Positions 26,144 to 39,850 of a DNA stretch of 64,000 bases are shown here, one piece after another. This DNA comes from Eledone cirrhosa (lineage: Eukaryota), in contig CAXHJY010001184.1 of the NCBI GenBank assembly GCA_964016885.1, positions 1 to 64,000 of the forward strand. Direction: 5' to 3'. The notes below the pieces were generated by a model. That model ran no database searches. It was not told the origin of the DNA and saw only the letters and a list, made by a program, of their open reading frames with translations. The translations under genes were made by a program, and so were the position numbers. How positions within the stretch are numbered: position 1 is the stretch's first letter; each line of letters opens with the position of its first letter.

Positions 26144-28148
26144 TAATGAGAAAGTTTCTTATATTTCAAATAATTTTGTTGATGTTGATAATGGTAATGG
26201 TGGTGTTTTTGTTGGAGGTGGTGGTCCTGATGATGATGAAGATGGTAGTGATGATGATGGAGATGGAAGTGAAGGTGGGGGGTGGTGATGTGTAAATTTC
26301 ATCTATGACACTAGATTGAGTTAAAATAAATATTTGCCAACCAACCACCATTATTAGTATACAATCAACTGAAAGTTAATGACTTTAATGAATAAATAAA
26401 TAAACTCACTCATCTCCATATGTATTTATTCTCGTTATGAAATTAGGCCCCAGGAGGGCCTTTTTGATGACATGAGCTGAGTATTGAATTGATTGGTTTC
26501 ACTATCTTTATAGCTAATTAGACATTTCTGACTCCACCTCTTTCTCTTTCTTTCTCTCTCTTTCTCTTTGTCCTCTGTCTCCCTCACTCTGTCGTCTACT
26601 TCTCTACCCCTCCCCCATGGTTTGTATATATATCTTCCTCTTTGTCTTTGCCCCTCTCTGTCTGTCTCTTTGTCTATCTGTCACTTCATCTCACACTCGC
26701 TTCCTTTCTTTTTCTCACTGTCCACTTATTGGTCACTCTTTCTCTTTCTCTCTGTCCCTCCCTGTTTGTCTCTTGCTTTGTTCCCCTATCCCTCATTCCA
26801 TTGCACTCTCTCTCTCACTGTCCACTTATCTATCACCCTCTTTCTCTCTCTACTTATCTGTCACCCTTTCTCTTTCCCTTAAAATGCTGAATTAAAGTAA
26901 GAAAAGGCTACTTATTAAAATGTAAAGAAAATTGTTTCCAGGCACTACTCATTTGCATAATGATACAATGTGGACAGCTTGTTAACAATAATTATTACAT
27001 TACCAATACAGTATGGGTCATGAATACATAAATATATAGAGTCACATCTAGATTTAGTTACTCTCGTGCAGAAATTACATCCCGAAGGGTCTTTTCAGTT
27101 GCTTGAGGTGAGGAGGATGGAATCGGCCGGTTCCACTAATATTTAATAACTAGCGGCCACATATCATCAAGATTGACAGCAATAACGGTGAACATATTTA
27201 AATTTTGGAATACAAAATTGTTATGCCATATATTACTGGATATATGAGCAATCATACAAACTAGAAAATTACCATTTTTATAAATTAATGGTTTGCATAC
27301 GAAAACCCTATAATTTATGTTGATTACTGACCAAATCCAAATCCAGGAACTTTTCACTCTTGTTGTGGCAACCTGTCCTTGGTTGACCTCTATCATTTTC
27401 TGTTTGGTTTTGGTCATATCAGGGGTGTAGCAATACTCACCTCGCTTGGACAATTGCAGGTTGGTAAGGCTATTTCACCCATAGTTAGGGTGGATGGTCA
27501 TTGACAAATTCATCTGCCCTTTTTACAGCTCTTGGATTTTATGCTGCTGGGATCCCCTTACCCACCTCACCAGTCCAGGATCTGGTGAGGGAGCAGGTTT
27601 TGTCACCGATCACTCAACCATAGAACAGGTTATACTGGGTTACTTGATACCAGTAACAGGCAGAAGTCACTTCCACCACCTAATGACTGAATGCCTTTAG
27701 TGGATCACTCTGTTACAAGTATTCAGACTGGGTTTCTTGTTTGAGGAAATAACACTCCCTCCCTGCCTCCCATCAATCTTGGATATTCTAAAAAGAGTCA
27801 CAGGCATTAACCTCAATCAGCACCTCTCTAAACAGTAAATACAAATAGCCATATTTAGTCAAATATGTGAGAGTCCCAAATGCAGAAAATAACTGTAACA
27901 ACAACTGATCGCTGTAGGTAATAGTTGAGAAAATTGGGTAAATTATCTTTAGAGCGAGAGAAAAAAGTGGACTGTGGCAACCGTGAGGAATATATATATA
28001 TATATACGAGATGTGAGAAAAACCACACACCCTCCATCTCAATTCTACTTTTGAAAAGCACAGGAACTGCGAAACCGGTAAAAGAACCAAATAAATATTT
28101 TTTTTTTTTTAAAAAGACTCCAGTTGCATTTTCGATTTCATCTTTTTT

Positions 28149-28222
<74 letters not shown>

Positions 28223-28469
28223 TTTACGTATCGAGAAAGAGAGAAAAAAAGGGGGGATAGGTGATACATATAGTTATTTGCCAAATAGCCTATGCCAAAG
28301 GTGCTCAATACTAGTGCCGGCAGTATTAAATATTCGAAGTGTTAATATTTAGTGGGCTAGTGCTGTCCCACGTATATATATATATATATAAATCAGGATA
28401 GAACCAGTTTGAAACTAGTTAGACCACTGCTCAACAGAGTACTTGATATTTAGGGTAGTAGAGTATGGG

Positions 28470-28519
<50 letters not shown>

Positions 28520-28556
28520 ATAGAATTTATTGTAGGAACATCTTACATTAGTGTGA

Positions 28557-29021
28557 CTAGCAGAAAAACCACCATTTGGGTGGTTTTCTGCTAGCATGTG
28601 TAGTGTGTATATTGATATTAAATGCAAGTATATATACATGTAGATATGATACGTCAAATAAAATCGTAATTGACAATATACACAGAAATTGAATGAAGAC
28701 TGTTACACTGTCTTATGTAGTCAGTAACGTAATCCATGATACATTAAAAAAAGACGATATTACATATAAACTGCATTAGGAAAAAATTAGTGTCAGAAAA
28801 TTAATGTTTATTTAAGCGAAGTGTTGAGACTTGAAAATTTTAAAGAAGTGAATCATGAAATAAATAATAAAATATATTTAATGAACAGCCACGAAATTTA
28901 GTAGATAAATTATGGAATATTCATTTATTATTTATTCAAAGTAATTCAACTTATTTTACAAACGGGATAAAAAAAATAAACTGTACGCAATCCCGCAGCC
29001 CTTCCTTTATTATAGTTTAGA
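28557..29021 (-). mobile_element. Non-autonomous Helitron-like element
   Basis: Minus strand starts A|TCTAAACTATAATAAAGG and ends with a hairpin plus CTAG|T; internal sequence is shared with 33050-33250. Confidence 0.65.
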
Positions 29022-29048
29022 TTATCTTTACATTATATATACTGTATA

Positions 29049-30241
29049 TCATAATCTATAAAGCTCAGTGTGTGGTCATGCTCCTTTCTTATAGAAATCT
29101 ACGATATAGAATTTCTTCAATTGAAATTTACAATTCAGTATTTGAAATAGTTTCGATTGCGTCTTGGCACAGATAATTTTTTCAATTTCACCCACAATTA
29201 CGCAAAAAATAGATAAAACTCAATATTTTACGATTTTTCTCTGTCATTTAAACTGCTAAACTCTTTCCACTACCATTCAAAATATATACAACTTCATACT
29301 TTCTGCTACTTTCTCTTTCCAAGCTTGATGGTGATACTGTCCGTTTTACTCTCTCATATCATCTGCTTACCTCTATCTACCACTCACACATTTTGCTACT
29401 TTCTCTTTTATACTTCAAATTATTACATTTCATACGAAACGACAATTATTCAAAAGCAACAGATACATTTATTCAACAAGCGATAAATATTTTTTAAAAC
29501 CTCTTTTCCAAATGCATACAAACACACACTCACTTCAACAACAACAACAACAACAATCTGCCTTTTATAGATAATGATAAACAATAATATCCTCTATGAG
29601 GTCACTAAACCTGCTAGAAACAGCAGCTAACTCTCCCCCATACCACACCCTTCCCTACTGTCTTAAATTTAGAAAACATATCTTCTATGAGGTCACTAAA
29701 CCTGCTAGAAACAGCAGCTAACTCTCCCCCATATCACACCACTCCCTACTGTCTTGAATTTAGAAAGCACATATCCTCTATGAGGTTACTAAACCTGCTA
29801 GAAACAGCAGCTAACTCTCCCCCATATCACACCCATCCCTACTGTCTTAAATTTAGAAAACATATCCTCTATGAGGTCACTAAACCTGCTAGAAACAACA
29901 GCTAACTCTCCCTCATATCACAACCCTCCCTACTGTCTTAAATTTAGAAAACACACAGACAACCATGCAGAACAACTCCATCGCAGCTCTGTTGTTCGGC
30001 TGGCATCGTCTACGCGCGTGTTGCGCAAGTACTGTGAAACAATAAATTTCAACACTTTTTTGCACAGAGATAATATCCATAGGCGAAACTACAATTGTCA
30101 CTGCTGGCGCAGCTCCTGCTTCCAGGTCTGCAATTCATTCACCCAGTGCCTGGCAGACAAAAAGGTGCTGCCATAAAATGGGTGGTGCAACCTAACTTTG
30201 GTAACTTAATGACCCCGAGCAACGCCAGGCTTTAATGCTAG
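29049..30241 (+). mobile_element. Non-autonomous Helitron-like element containing a tandem array
   Basis: 5' A|TCATAATCTATAAAGCTCAGTG; 3' hairpin-like CCCGAGCAACGCCAGG followed by CTAG|T. Confidence 0.7.
29587..29953. repeat. 91-93-bp tandem repeat, 4 copies
   Basis: ctatgaggt(c/t)actaaacctgctagaaac at 29594, 29685, 29778 and 29869. Confidence 0.92.
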
Positions 30242-30707
30242 TACTTATATAAAAGTCGAATTTTTTAGACCATTTTTTAATGTTAGATTTATGGGGTAAA
30301 ATATTTAATGGATACTACTTTTGAGAGACTTGGAATTCAAGCTAGAATCCCAAGTACCATATCAGTAGTAGCAGCTAAACTGATCTCTAAACAAATACAA
30401 ACAAAAACAGTGAATTACTGTAATATTAACTATTCTCTGTATCAAAACACATGTCCTAATAAATAACAAAATCCATGAAGAAGGTCATAAAAGTTTGGGT
30501 AAAATTTTAGTTTCAGACTTTTGCAATAATATAAATTTGTCTTAAATTTATGACGATTTTGTAATAATGTTATTTTTACATACAGGATGATACCTTGACC
30601 CACAGATGTTGACCCGTTATCTGTGAAATATTAAGGTGAACGTCTATATTAGGTCTATGGAAATTCCAGATCTTTTTGTCATAGATAGGGGATCAACTTT
30701 TACATGA

Positions 30708-30757
<50 letters not shown>

Positions 30758-30863
30758 AGAGAGAGAGATGGTAGTCATACATAATAAATACAAAGACCAA
30801 AATTCAGAGAGGACTCAATAAGGGTTGTATGTATGTATATATATATATGAACCCATAGATCTA

Positions 30864-30990
30864 TTATTAGCACAGAGAAAACATTTAAGCAAACAATTTC
30901 TGCTTTTACCCTAAAGCAGGAGTTTCAGAAGATCATGATTTAGGGTGAAAGCAGAAATTGTTTGTTTAAACTTTTAATCTGTGCTAATAA
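30864..30990. repeat. Fold-back palindrome, ~50-bp arms
   Basis: TATTAGCACAGA..TTTAAGCAAACAATTTCTGCTTTTACCCTAAA / TTTAGGGTGAAAGCAGAAATTGTTTGTTTAAA..TCTGTGCTAATA. Confidence 0.85.
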
Positions 30991-31144
30991 TAAATAAATA
31001 AATATATGAATATATATATATATATATATAACTGTTTCATTCATTAGAAATCATCAAATGAATGAAACAGTTCTAGTCCTGTAGAATCTCATCTATATTA
31101 AAACTGTTATTACTGTGGTTACCTCCGATTCAACCCGGAATAAC

Positions 31145-31218
<74 letters not shown>

Positions 31219-31862
31219 ATAATTTGGGAGGGTCATGTTGCCAATAAAAACACCTGCATCTTTTGGTTTTCACTTCAATTTATTATAAATTTCTGGTTGG
31301 TTGGTTCAATAACCAGATGGTTGTTTATATATTGTCAAAGCTCTTTTGTCACACATTCTGTGACTTCCTCAGTGACTAGGTTTTTATTTTGTGTGTCTCT
31401 CCTTTGTTCTGTCCTACACTATCTTGTTTTTGTGTGCAGTTTGTTGTGTGCTTAGTTTGTGCATGTATTACATCCGGGTGTGTGTGTGTGTGTGCTTTTT
31501 TATTTATTTATTTATTTGTCACTAGTAGGTTGTTTGTTTTATCTGTGTGTGACTGTTTTGTAATTTTTTTTTTTGTGTGTCTGTATGTCTTCGTTTTGTC
31601 CCTAGTTACTAGTTGTGATGTTCCACTCATGTTTTATGTTTAATTTTGGTTGGAGTTCGTTTATGTTTGTCACCTGTGCCCCTATGTTCTATTTTGGCTT
31701 GTATGTATACACACACACATATATATAATACATATATATATATATATATATATTAGAGAATCCATTGTAGGAATATCTCACTTTAAAATCTAATTACATT
31801 TACACTAGCTGGCCTGTCCGGCTGGTGCCCGGCTACCATTGGTGTGTTCTACGGCATCCATA

Positions 31863-31911
<49 letters not shown>

Positions 31912-31915
<4 letters not shown>

Positions 31916-33373
31916 CTGACATACCTAGCTTCACTTGGATGAACAGACGATAAGCCGTCTGTGTTGTATAGTATTACTGTTGAACATATATATAGTACAG
32001 TACAGTATTACTGTTGAAAATATATAGTACGGTATCACTGTTGAAAATATATAGTACAGTATTACTGTTAAAAATATATAGTATAGTATTACTGTTGAAA
32101 ATATATGGTATAGTATAGTATCACTGTTGAAAATATATAGTATAGTATCGTATTACTGTTGAAAATATGTAGTACAGTACTATTGTTGAAAATATATAGT
32201 ATAGTATCGTATTACTGTTGAAAATATGTAGTACAGTATCGTATTACTGTTGAAAATATGTAGTACAGTACTATTGTTGAAAATATATAGTATAGTATTT
32301 ATGTACACGAATATATAATTATATATATATACAATTAATTAAAAGTTGGTTAGAAGCGAAGTCAATGCAGACAGACAGGCAGGCAGGCAGACATACATAC
32401 AGATATTAGAAGTGCACGACGTTATAGCTATGTATCTATCTAAAAAGACAGTAAGAAAGAGAGAGGAATGTTGTGTTATATATGTAGCGACGCTGGTTAG
32501 TCAGTCTAGTCACTACTTCTGATTAGATCCGATAATAGCTCTTAGAAGGACTGTTATTGCATACGGTCTGATCAGATCTGAAGATAGCCCTTAAAAGGAC
32601 TGTTGCCGCATATAGCCCTTAAAAGAACTGTTGAGGATGGACAGACGAAAGCACAAGTTGAAAGGACGAAGCAAGGCGAGATGTAAATTCGATCAGCTAT
32701 TTATTTTCACATGAAGCGACGATACGGGGTACAAGGTGTGTGAGTGACAAAGCGTGGTAGAGTAAAGGAACAACGATGCGCGAGCTGACTCTGCCAAAAG
32801 TCGACTGGCGAAAGTGTTTGGAACCACTCTATTTATACAGGAACAATCCTTTGTTGTTTAGTCGATGTGTAGGCGTTTATTCTGGTAGGTTCTTATTCTG
32901 GTAGGTTCTAAGGGTTCTTTTGTTTCACGTTGAAGTAGCTAACAGGTAGATGGCGCTGTATATTTCACAGCTGTTATTTCCGGTGGCTGTACATATATAT
33001 TATATATAATAAAGTACCAGTAATGTAGTTAGCTTTATTAATATAGATAGAGATTGACAGTATACACAGAAATTTAATCCATGATACATTTAAAAAAAAA
33101 GACGATATTCTATATGAACTGCAAAATATATGAATGTTTATTTAAGTAATCGCTAACCGGAAGTGCTGACATTTGAACATTTTAAAGAAGTGAATCTTTA
33201 AATAAATAATAAGATATCTTTAATCAATAATAACGAAATTTAGTAGACAAAAATACCCTCACTTTCTTTCTTGGAAAAAGTTACATCTATGGTGCAAATT
33301 TGGTGCTGTTTGGTCCAGCTGTTTTGCCAAAAGTTTGTCACATACATACGGCCGTCAGCTTTATTAATATAGA
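31912..33373 (-). mobile_element. Non-autonomous Helitron-like element(s) with an internal 27-32-bp minisatellite
   Basis: Minus-strand 5' end A|TCTATATTAATAAAGCTGAC at 33373, with a second such end near 33047. Degenerate 3' end near 31912, and another hairpin+CTAG 3' end at 31805-31835. Tandem agtattactgttgaaaatatat at 31970-32300. Confidence 0.62.
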
Positions 33374-33931
33374 TTAAGCAGTTAGTGCAGAGCCATATTA
33401 ACCCATGACTGGGCTTCTAGGCTTTCAGATATTTCAGCACATCCCCTTCCCTGGCACATTAATCATTAACTTCACTACAACAACAAAAATTCACAGGCCC
33501 CTAGTCCCTGAGGGACCCCAAAGCTACAGTTTAGTCACCGTTATGAATAATATGGCCCTAAGTTAGTAAACCAGTTTATAAACCTTTCCTTCCTTTGCTC
33601 AAAACATAATCAAATTCCAATATGCATTTTGAATCCTCAATTTCAACACAGTAGCACTATGCTAATGTTGAGATACAGGGCTTGATAAAATAAATACTAA
33701 ACTTGAATAAATAACTACTGGAGTTGATATGATCAACTAAAGTCTCTTGAAGTACAAAAGCATGGCTACATTCTAATGACTGAAGACCATAAAAAAAAGA
33801 AAACAAAACAGAAAAATATAAAAGAATCCATAATTAGAAGAAATATACTAACATATTTATTGTAGTGAGTCAAAAAAAATTATTTCAATTAATTCAGATT
33901 ATTCCCATAGTAATAAAGACATAATCATTAA

Positions 33932-34152
33932 CCCTTTAGCATTTAAACTGGCCATATCCAGCCAGAATTCTCTCACCTCTTTCTGTTCAAACTGGTCCTA
34001 ATCGGCCGCTCATACTTATATTAAGGTATTGTTCTTAAAATAAATAACATCAAAATCTCATAGATTCGATATTATGTGAGATTATTATGCAAGGTAAAGC
34101 CTTTACCACAAAAATACAATAGTAAATATAGAGTAATGTAAATGCTGAAGGG
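33932..34152. mobile_element. piggyBac-like MITE
   Basis: TTAA-CCCTTTAGCATTT ... AAATGCTGAAGGG-TTAA (TTAA TSD, CCC/GGG termini). Confidence 0.8.
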
Positions 34153-34986
34153 TTAACCTTAATGTTAGGTTCTGGTTAAAAAATGCAATAGAGATAACTC
34201 TGAAATAAAAATAATAAAAAAAAAAGATATAATAAAGAAAAGAATTAGAGAGTGAGTCTTCATTTGATCAACTACTGGTTTTCTATAAGCTGCAAATTAG
34301 CAGGGTAGTTAGAACATTGAATAGAAGTATTTGTTTTGGATCTATGCTCTCTCAGTTCAAATTCTGCCAAGGTTAACTTTGCCTCTCCTCCCTTTGAAGT
34401 CGATAAAAATGTATCAGTCAAGACCTGGAGGCTAATTCTTCCTCCATATCTCTTCCTTACATTCTCTCTCTTACTTTCTATCCTTCTTTGGATGAAATCT
34501 TCTGTATTCAGACTTGGAGAGGATGTGCTCCAGCAGGCCTGAAAAGAAAAGGCCCAGAAACACCATATGGCAATACAGTACCCCTATGACTCCCTCAGGA
34601 GTTATGGGATTTTACCATACCATAATGTTCTATAGGTCTGCATAAGTAAATCTAACCAGCACTAGCTCTCCACAGTTTAAACAGTCATATTAAATGTTTT
34701 GACATAAAACGTTTTCACTTTATAGCCATAAAGTTTGGAGACTAAACCAGCAATAAATCTGTTGTGGTGAGAAAATATTTATTGAGAAGAAATTTTACCA
34801 ATAAATGTTTTGAATATATGTGAACGTGTGTGTGAGCATGTATGAGTGCATATGTCTATGTGTGTGCATGAATGCCTGTGTATGTGTACATATGTCTATG
34901 CATCTGTGTGTGTATGTGTTCTGAGTTTGGTTATTTATTTAATCATTCCATATAGACATTTCCTAAGTTTAATCTTCAATATAGAC

Positions 34987-35067
<81 letters not shown>

Positions 35068-36699
35068 TACATGTGTGTGTGTGTGTGTGTGTGTGTGCAT
35101 ATATATATATATACATACATACATGTGTGTGTGTATACATACATAAATACATATATGCATGCGTGCGTGCGTGCGTGCATGTGTGTACATATATGCACAC
35201 GCATACATATTCCTCTATTCCTTTACTTTCTTCTGCCCACACAGCCAAACATGGCTGCAATGTCCAATGTCTCTGTGACTGTCTCTACAGTTCACTATTC
35301 TCTAGTCCTCTCTATATTGACTTTAGTTGCTCTCCATTGATGTTAAAGTAAATATCTGCCTTTGTAAAAACAATATTTTTTCAGGATGTTCAACGAAAAT
35401 ATCAATTGACCAGATGCCATGCAACTGTTCCTGGAATCACACAAAGGATGGAATTTGGCTCATATAATCAATTAAAATAATTTCCTTTAACATACAATGG
35501 ATTATTGTGTGTGTGGTTGCTTATAGACGTTTCCTGTAGAAGTACTGATGAAAAAGTTTTGAAATACTGAACATGGTTGTTGTTGTTGCTGTTCTTGATG
35601 TTGTTACAAGATGGTATATTAAATTTGTATTGTGTGTACCTGTAACTCCTGATGGATTCAGGTGTTATAAGGGCACTGATTGATATATGGCATATATTGA
35701 ACATTTATTTACTGAACCTGGCAGAGTCCATACTTGTCTAGGACTGAACACAGTCAATTATTTACAGAGAGAGAGACAGAGAGAGATAGGGGGAGGGGAG
35801 AGAGGGGGAGAGAGAGAGGGAGAGAGAGGGAGGGAAAGGAAGAGGGGGAGGGAGGAAGTGAGAAAGAGATATAGATAATCGACTGCAGTACTGGTCTAGC
35901 ACTGTATTATCACCTTCAAAAAGATGAAAGGCAATGTTGACGATGGCAAGGTTTGAACTCATATGGCAGAAAGCTGGAACAAATACCATAAAACTATCCA
36001 ATGTTCTAATGTCTCTACCAATATACTGAAAAATATGTGAATAGAGAGTGTTGGAGAAATGGACCCTATTTGTGAGTAACTAGAGGTAAATATCCTTCAC
36101 CCTTGAATGACCATGGGATTTCAACTTAGAAAGTTCCTACAAAGACACAGTTAGGGCAAGGTTCTTTGTGGAAGACCAGCAATTGCCCATGCATACTGCT
36201 CTCCCCCTTTCCATGCCACTGATGTTGTCTAAGGGAAAGGCAATGGCTGATATTGCTTGGCACCAATGACGTCGCAACTTATTTTTACAGCAGAGTAAAC
36301 TGAAGCAAGATGAAATAGTGTCTTGCACAAGGCCATAACACACCACCCAATCAGGGAATCGAACTCATAACCTGATCATTGTAAGCCTTATGTTCTAACA
36401 ACTAAATTCATATAAGAAACTATTTTATATTTATTCACTCATCATTAGCATAAACCAAAACAAATACTACAAGACATTTTGTCTGATGCTCTAGTTGAGT
36501 CTGTTTATCCTAGCTTAAAATCACCTCCAGCATTTGATTGGATGAAAGGATGAAAGGCTGGGTGGACTTTGATGGGATTTGAAACAAGAGTGCAGATAGA
36601 TCAAGACATGACTTTTAAATAAATGTAAAATATGATAGCAAAAGGAAGGATGAACTCCTGAAATTTGAAGCTAGAGAGAGAGAAAGGGATGAATTTTAA

Positions 36700-37525
36700 C
36701 CCTTTCTAATGAAAAACATTAACTATGATTTTTAAATAATTTTGAAAATAATCAAGAATTTGGAAAGATTTAATAATTGTTTCTGATTTAGGCACATGGC
36801 TAACAATTCTGGAGGGTGGAAAAAGTTGAGTAAATCAACACCAGTGTGTTACTGGTACTTTATTTTATCAACCCCATAAGGTTGAAAGACAAAACTAACC
36901 TCAGCAGGATTTGAACTTGGAGTCCATAACTATATGCCACTAACAATACTGTCAATACAACACCTTAATAATATAGATAACTTTCCCATTGTTAAGCAGG
37001 TGATGGGAACACAACTTAAGTGAGTATCTTACATAAAATTATGATGAAAGGTTTTTATATAAATATGAATACATAGAAATAAGCAGTTTTGTATTGTAGT
37101 ACCACATCTGGTGTCTAGCAGTTTGGTATCAAAAAGATTTGATTATCATATTTCTAATGAAAGACATTGCCTATAATTTAAAAAATAATCAAGAATTTGG
37201 AAAGATTTCATAATATAATTAAAGATCTCATTATTTATCAAGTGTTTAAAGCATAACATGAACAAAAATTCTTTACATAAAATTATGATGGAAGTATTTA
37301 GTCATTTCATAACTGAATTTCTAATGAAATATACTCCATTTCAATTAATTAATGAGGTATTTACAAAAATTATTAATTATTTAATTACTTGGATAGTAAC
37401 TTAATGTAAGTTTCTTATATAAAATTATGTTGGAAGATATATTAATTTAAGTTAGAAACCTTTAAAATGGGTGATCGTGTTTTATAGTACCAGAGCTAGT
37501 TTTGGCCGGGTTGGTAACTAAAGGG
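36700..37525. mobile_element. piggyBac-like non-autonomous element with nested SINE
   Basis: TTAA-CCCTTT ... AAAGGG-TTAA; internal subrepeats; SINE at about 36775-36960. Confidence 0.5.
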
Positions 37526-38848
37526 TTAAATAAAATGTAAATATTTTAAAATAATCAGTTTTTTTTTTATCATACAACCAGCCAGGTCTGGTTTGGTATC
37601 AAAAGGGTTCTTCTTAGTTTCATAACTCCAGAGGGCGTTGTAAGGGTACCATATTGACATGCAGCATTTCTAGGGCATTTTTTAAACCTGGTAGAGCCCA
37701 TCTCCTCTCCAAATCTAAATACAGCAGATTTCTTCTGGAAAAGGATAGAGATTGAGAGAATGGAAATGAGAAAGAGATATAGAGAAAGAATTGACACCCA
37801 GTACTAAACTGGTACTTTTTTTAATTGACCTTAAAAGGATGAAAGGCAAAGTTGACCTCAGAGGGTTTTGAACTCACAGAGCACTGAGCCGAAACGAATA
37901 CCATAAAGTATTCTACCCGATGTTCTAATGACTGCCAATTTACCACTTTAGATACAAATAAAATAAGATGGCAGCACCACAATGTAAATTTCAGCTGGAA
38001 ATTCTAAGTGATTTGAATGAACCAGTACGATCAAAGCAATATTTATAATATATTGAATTAACACACATAATAGCTTAGACAACATAACTGGTTTGCTAAT
38101 TAATAAATCTAACTCTGTTGAAATAATTTAGCTATGTATATAATATATATACATATAGATTTGAGCAGATGCAGTTTATATTGAAGAGTTAATTAATTAT
38201 AAATTCTGAAATGTGAAGTGCCAATAGTGACGATTCCCATTTCCAGGTGATAATAGGCAGTTTGATGATGCATTGCATAGGGAAGGGTGGGTGGGTTGGG
38301 GGAGAGAGAGGAGGAGAGAGAGAGTTAAGAGGAAAACAGATAGATTGGGGAGAAAAGGAGAGGGGGAGGCTGAGAGAGAAAGAGTCATTGTATACATAGT
38401 TGTATATGTATGATATATATATACTACATATGTATCATGCATACATACATAACTACACATGCAATAATTGCATTAAATAATTATCATATATATCTAAACA
38501 CATACCAGCCTACATATATCTTCCAAAGCCCAATTAACTTGAAGGCCCCTGCAAATGGATTTTGTTGATTTCGGATTTACAGAAACCTAGTAGAGATGTT
38601 ATATAATTTTGTGTAATATGTCCACGATGGTCCAGGTAACAGTCAAACTTTTCCCTGAGTCGGTTTTTTAGTTGTTCTGGTCCTAGCGGCTCGCTTTTCG
38701 GTCACTGGCTTCAAATTTGCATAGCTGTCTAAACGTAATGTTATAACTCTAAGGTACAATTCCTTATTGAGTGCTTTTGGCTGCACTTCCCGACAGCATT
38801 CGTTAGCTTGCTCGCAACCAGAGCTTCGATTAAGCTGTACTACCTTCC

Positions 38849-38880
<32 letters not shown>

Positions 38881-39337
38881 TATACATACAAACACACAGA
38901 CACACATATACATACAAACACACACACATACCCACACATATACACACACTCATACACATATATCATATAACAGTCGGTGTAACTGATTGTTTTTTGTTGT
39001 TATTTTGTGTTTATTAAATTCTATAATATTAACGACACTGTTAATCCTTATTAATATTGGAATGAATGTTTAAAGCTAGGTACAGACTATCTAAGATCCC
39101 AGACCTTACCCTCTTACCAAGTGGGGAGGAATTAATCAACTCAGACCACTGCTGTGAATGTTGGGAAGAATGTTTAAAGATAGGTAGAGATTATCTAAGA
39201 TGGCTATAGTAGCCACCATATATTATTGTAAAACTTAGAGGTTGGAAATTAACAATGAATACTTGCTGTACCACAATAAATATATCAAAACAAAAAGTAT
39301 TTTCATAAACATAATGAATTCTATTATACTTCCTACA

Positions 39338-39380
<43 letters not shown>

Positions 39381-39469
39381 TATATATATATAAAAAATAA
39401 AATAAGAATTTTATTTCTCGCTCTAGCATAGCTGATACATAAATGTAAGTATGCATACATACACACACG

Positions 39470-39503
<34 letters not shown>

Positions 39504-39690
39504 CATATACATATGTATGTATACATATGTACGTATGGGTTATATCAAACATTAATAATAATGTTTGATTTGTTTGTAAACAAACGAGCCTAAAGTATAT
39601 ATATGTATGTATACATAGTTTAGGGATTGTAACATCAAGTTACATATCTTTTAATGTTGTACAGGAATCATTCTGTCATTAAGCTAACAG

Positions 39691-39780
39691 AAGTCTGATG
39701 AGCTTTTTATTCCAGAGTCGGGACCTGATCTACAGAGATCAGACCTTGAACTAATCAATCATGAAACGCACATCATACTT
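39691..39780 (+). ncRNA. Degenerate hammerhead-like motif
   Basis: AAGT-CTGATGA-...-GAAAC GCAC ATC ATACTT; stem III is mismatched. Confidence 0.4.
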
Positions 39781-39809
39781 GATTAAACTTACTGAAATCA
39801 TAGGAAAAG

Positions 39810-39850
39810 AGTCTAAATGTTTCGAACACAAGTCCTTCGTCAGAAGATAG
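39810..39850 (-). ncRNA. Compact hammerhead-like motif (degenerate)
   Basis: TCTT-CTGACGA-A-GGAC TTGT GTTC-GAAA-CATTTAGA; paralogous to 50990-51030. Confidence 0.45.

Noticed and set aside
29587-29953. Possible repeat-spacer array
   Set aside because: The whole 91-93-bp unit repeats, so it is an ordinary minisatellite.
35545-35572. CTGATGA...GAAAT hammerhead-like string
   Set aside because: No credible stems I-III or NUH; likely chance.
35380-35720. Possible downstream protocadherin exon
   Set aside because: No consistent minus-strand acceptor with an open phase-0 frame that I could support.
38643-38850. Possible transposase N-terminal fragment
   Set aside because: Too short and motif-free to assign.
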